The translations under genes were made by a program, and so were the position numbers. Positions 36,534-39,654 of a stretch of DNA of 39,654 nucleotides are shown here, in pieces. Source of the DNA: Welwitschia mirabilis. Taxonomy: Eukaryota. The stretch spans positions 29,717,871-29,757,524 of the forward strand of contig JBOZIK010000001.1 of NCBI GenBank assembly GCA_051453625.1. The letters run 5' to 3'. The number at the start of each line of letters is the position of its first letter. Positions within the stretch are counted from its first letter, which is position 1. The notes beneath the pieces were generated by a model that made no database searches, was not told the DNA's origin, and worked only from the letters and a program-made list of their open reading frames with translations.

Positions 36534-38944
36534 TTTGTTTTCAAAATGGCATTTTATCAATCTAGTTCTTGTGTCTATGATGCAATAGGCGGTTGCACAG
36601 AAAGCTCTACTTAGAAGTAGGGATATCCACCATGATGCTCAAGTTTTAAAACAACTACATCTATTGGGTAGAAAGCTTCTTCTATTTGAATAGCCAAGTC
36701 CTTGATTACACTAACGATTTCTTTATAGATGCATCAGCTAATTCTAAGACAATTTGTGTAGGTTCTACTCATCCTTCCAATCCAAGACATTGACAAATAT
36801 GCAAGGGTATAATTTTGACACTGGCTTCCATATCTATCAAGGCTTTCTTAATTCTTTAGTTTCCCTCTAAAATGACACTAATAGTTGCTGCCCTCAGATC
36901 GTTAAATTTTGGATACTTCTTAGAAACTAAGTTACTAAGGGATTGAGCTAGGAAGACTTTACTAGAAATGGTTCATTTTTGTTTTCTTCTTATTAGGTTT
37001 TTCCATATCTTAAAGTATTTAAGGTTTCCTTGCAAAAGTTTCAAAAAGGGAAGTTGATGCTCACATTTTGCATTAAGGATTTTAAATGATCATCAAATAT
37101 GGGGTTTGTTTTAAGACTATTAAGCCATGGGGTAGCAAGTTTCTTTTGTGAAGGATTTTTTTTTGTTGCTAAGTAAATAAGGGAAGGAATGATTTTCTTA
37201 GATTTCTATGTCTTCTTCCTCATCATTTTTATCATTTTGGGAAGTTAAAGACTCATGAGTAGGGGGAGTTATGTCATTTTCACTTCTTATCACCACCTTA
37301 CAATCTTTTCGTACTTTGTTAGGGTTTAATAAAGGTTGAGTGGCAAGGGTCCCTTATGGTCTTTGATTGGTAAGCATGGTTTGTTGTAGGATGTTCACAA
37401 GATTTTCTATATTTGCATTTGTCTTCTCTTGAGCTTTTCTTAACTCCTTAATGGAATTCCTAAGAGAATCACTATGGTTTTTGGAGTTGAAAGAGCTTAC
37501 CAAGATATTTGGATAGTTAGATTAAAAGTTGGAATGTTCAAATCTATTCTTGAAAGGTTGGGAGTTAGGATGATTTGTTTGAAAATTGCTAAGATTTGAA
37601 TGCTTATTAATCCTATTCTAAAAATTATAGTTAGGGAATTGTCTTTAGTTGTACTTTTAAATGTAGTTGGAAGTCTTTAGTTGAAAGTTCTTACTTCTTT
37701 ATAGATTCTTTCTTTACAATTTATAAGTAAAGGGCATTCTTTTGTGACATGATAGCTATCTTCACACAAATCGCATGTTGGAACAAAGATTTCATTCTTC
37801 TCAGTTTCCATTTTAGCATCAAGGATCATCTAAGTGTATTTCTCTAAGGTAAAAGTAAAATCCTTAATGATGCTAGTTGGTTCATTTTCTATTTTGGTTT
37901 CAGTCTTCTCATACTTGAATTCTTTTAAGTCCTTAATGATTTGGCCTACGATTTGGTTTNNNNNNNNNNNNNNNNNNNNNNNNNNNNNNNNNNNNNNNNN
38001 NNNNNNNNNNNNNNNNNNNNNNNNNNNNNNNNNNNNNNNNNNNNNNNNNNNNNNNNNNNTTGGTTTTCTCTAGAGGATGGTTTAGGTCAAGTTTAACTTA
38101 CTTTCACTAAATCTTTTAACACCTTCCAAGAATCTTTTAAAATTTGGTTTAAGAGGTTGTCTCTATAAGAGAAATCTACATTGGTATGACTATTTAATCC
38201 ACTATAGAAATAGTCAATTAACTCTATCTCGGAAAAGGCATCTACAAGGTTTAAATGTAATGCAACAAAGAATTGCTCATAGGCAGAGGCATAGTCTTCA
38301 TTAGGCAATTGTTAGATGTTTATAACTTCTTTATTATGCTTCCAGATGGTGGTTTTTCTCATGAATCTTTTGATGAAGGCTTCTTAAACTTAACTCCAAG
38401 ATTTAAGACTCTTATGATGGATTGTTCTAAGCCAAATTTTTTCTTTTTCTCTCAAGGTCATGGGAAAGATAACCATATAGGTTTCATTAGTTATTTACTT
38501 TTTACCATTTCTGGATGTAAGGATAAGTCATTCAATGTCAGCGATGTGTTGTAAAGGGTCTTTATCAGGTTCTCCACTAAAGGTAGGATAAGCATTTAAT
38601 NNNNNNNNNNNNNNNNNNNNNNNNNNNNNNNNNNNNNNNNNNNNNNNNNNNNNNNNNNNNNNNNNNNNNNNNNNNNNNNNNNNNNNNNNNNNNNNNNNNN
38701 TGTGTTGTAAAGGGTCTTCATTAGGTTCTCCACTAAAGGTAGGATAAGCATTTAATTTTTTAAGTTCTACATCATCATCAGGTGGTAAGTTAAAAGGATT
38801 TTGGACTTCAAGTTTCTTGTTCGCTATAAAATCTCTCAAAGTAGCATGAGTAATAGGTTGAAAAGGAGTAGAAGTAAGGGTTTTAATAATAGGGGGTGGA
38901 TTTAAATAGATAGGTTATTTTTATTTGTAGTTAGAAGTTGACAT
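36534..38944 (-). pseudogene. gag-protease pseudogene of element B
   Basis: Gag DDVELKKLNAYPTFSGEPNEDPLQH (38701-38780) and IDYFYSGLN. Zinc knuckle CDLCEDSYHVTKEC (CX2CX4HX4C, 37775-37734). Protease KKALIDMEASVKIIP...PTQIVLELADAS (~36730-36849). Stops and frameshifts are present. Confidence 0.88.
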
Positions 38945-39388
38945 GATATCAAATTTTTTAGAATTAAAATCAAAAATTATAGGAAATTCTAAATCTTATG
39001 TATCTGGACTGTTTTGATTTATTTCAATTTCAAAATTTAGCAAACCTTCTCTGATATTTTTAGAAATGAATAGATTTTCTCTTTGATATTTTTCCTTTTT
39101 GCTGATTTTAACCATTCAGTTTAGGATTTAAGAGTGTTTCATCCAGTATGTCATCTGGATGATAACCTGAATGACAAAAACAGAAAACACAGACAACCAC
39201 AAAAAGAGGGAAAGCAGAAAATGGGACATTCATTCGACTATGACATCTGGACGATGAAGGGAACATCAAAGATTAGAAAAAATAAAAACCAAAATAAAAA
39301 CTTACAAAATATATTGGTACACCACTACTACAACAAACATTTGAAATATCCACTGAAGCAACTATAACTCTTGAATTTTAAGCAATCT

Positions 39389-39406
39389 TCCCCGGCAACG
39401 GCACCA
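39389..39406 (-). other. Primer binding site complementary to the tRNA-Asp 3' end (Athila-type)
   Basis: The minus strand reads TGGTGCCGTTGCCGGGGA, one mismatch from TGGCGCCGTTGCCGGGGA, and lies 3 nt from the LTR end at 39410. Confidence 0.92.
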
Positions 39407-39409
39407 AGA

Positions 39410-39654
39410 TGTTGCAGTGTGTATTTATGTAATTTTTTACATCCTGAGCTGAATCCTGTTAATCACAATTAATATGCATAAACACAACACACTAGCATAG
39501 ATGGGAGTGATCCAAAATGTCATAATTTCATTGAATGCTAAAGTATGGAAAACAGAGAGTTGCTTTTATGAGAAATTATGTAACCCTAATCTATTGAAAT
39601 AATTTGCAATGCATGGAATTAAAATAAAACATTATTATGTAATACTAATCTAAG
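39410..39654 (-). repeat. 5' LTR of element B (partial, U5 end)
   Basis: It is a direct repeat of 32244-32487 and is adjacent to the PBS. Confidence 0.9.

Larger units (their letters stand above)
32244..39654 (-). mobile_element. Athila-related LTR retrotransposon (element B), apparently non-autonomous (gag + protease only); the 5' LTR runs off the window
   Basis: Paired LTRs are at 32244-34045 and 39410-39654+. The PBS is TGGTGCCGTTGCCGGGGA (39406-39389). The PPT region GGGACTAACAAGACTAAGTAGGAGGCTA abuts the LTR start TGTTGCG (34045). Gag and protease relics are homologous to element A. Confidence 0.9.

Noticed and set aside
1224-38073. Long ORFs rich in X in the ORF track (e.g. 8100-8574, 17775-18491, 23151-23708, 32513-33467, 34805-36588)
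   Set aside because: They are open only because they cross N gaps, so there is no coding evidence.
38545-38756. 56-bp direct repeat in gag (38545-38600 and 38701-38756, 2 mismatches), which duplicates LNAYPTFSGEP
   Set aside because: The copies sit exactly on either side of a 100-N placeholder gap. This is most likely an unmerged contig overlap between haplotypes or paralogues, not a real duplication.

Overview
AT-rich, gap-riddled plant (angiosperm) nuclear intergenic DNA made mostly of old, CpG-decayed LTR retrotransposons. I found no intact protein-coding gene, rRNA, functional tRNA or CRISPR array. From left to right: (1) the 3' part of a Sirevirus-type Copia element (1-~2710, +); (2) a decayed Athila-type Gypsy gag-pol with PBS and part of its 5' LTR (~2815-9100, -); (3) a decayed Tekay/Del-type Gypsy with a complete 3' LTR but no 5' LTR (~9130-14946, +); (4) an island at 15.3-17.6 kb holding tRNA-derived Pol III promoter relics and one exon fragment of an ERECTA-family receptor kinase, split by a 655-bp tandem-array TRIM whose 5' LTR is replaced by a fold-back palindrome; (5) about 14 kb of largely anonymous AT-rich DNA with faint Gypsy relics; (6) a second Athila-related element (32244 to the window end, -) that appears to carry only gag and protease between its LTRs. 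I cannot support a new biological system here. The most unusual structure is the palindrome-ended tandem TRIM. All alignments and translations were done by eye, and family assignments rest on recalled motifs, not database searches.
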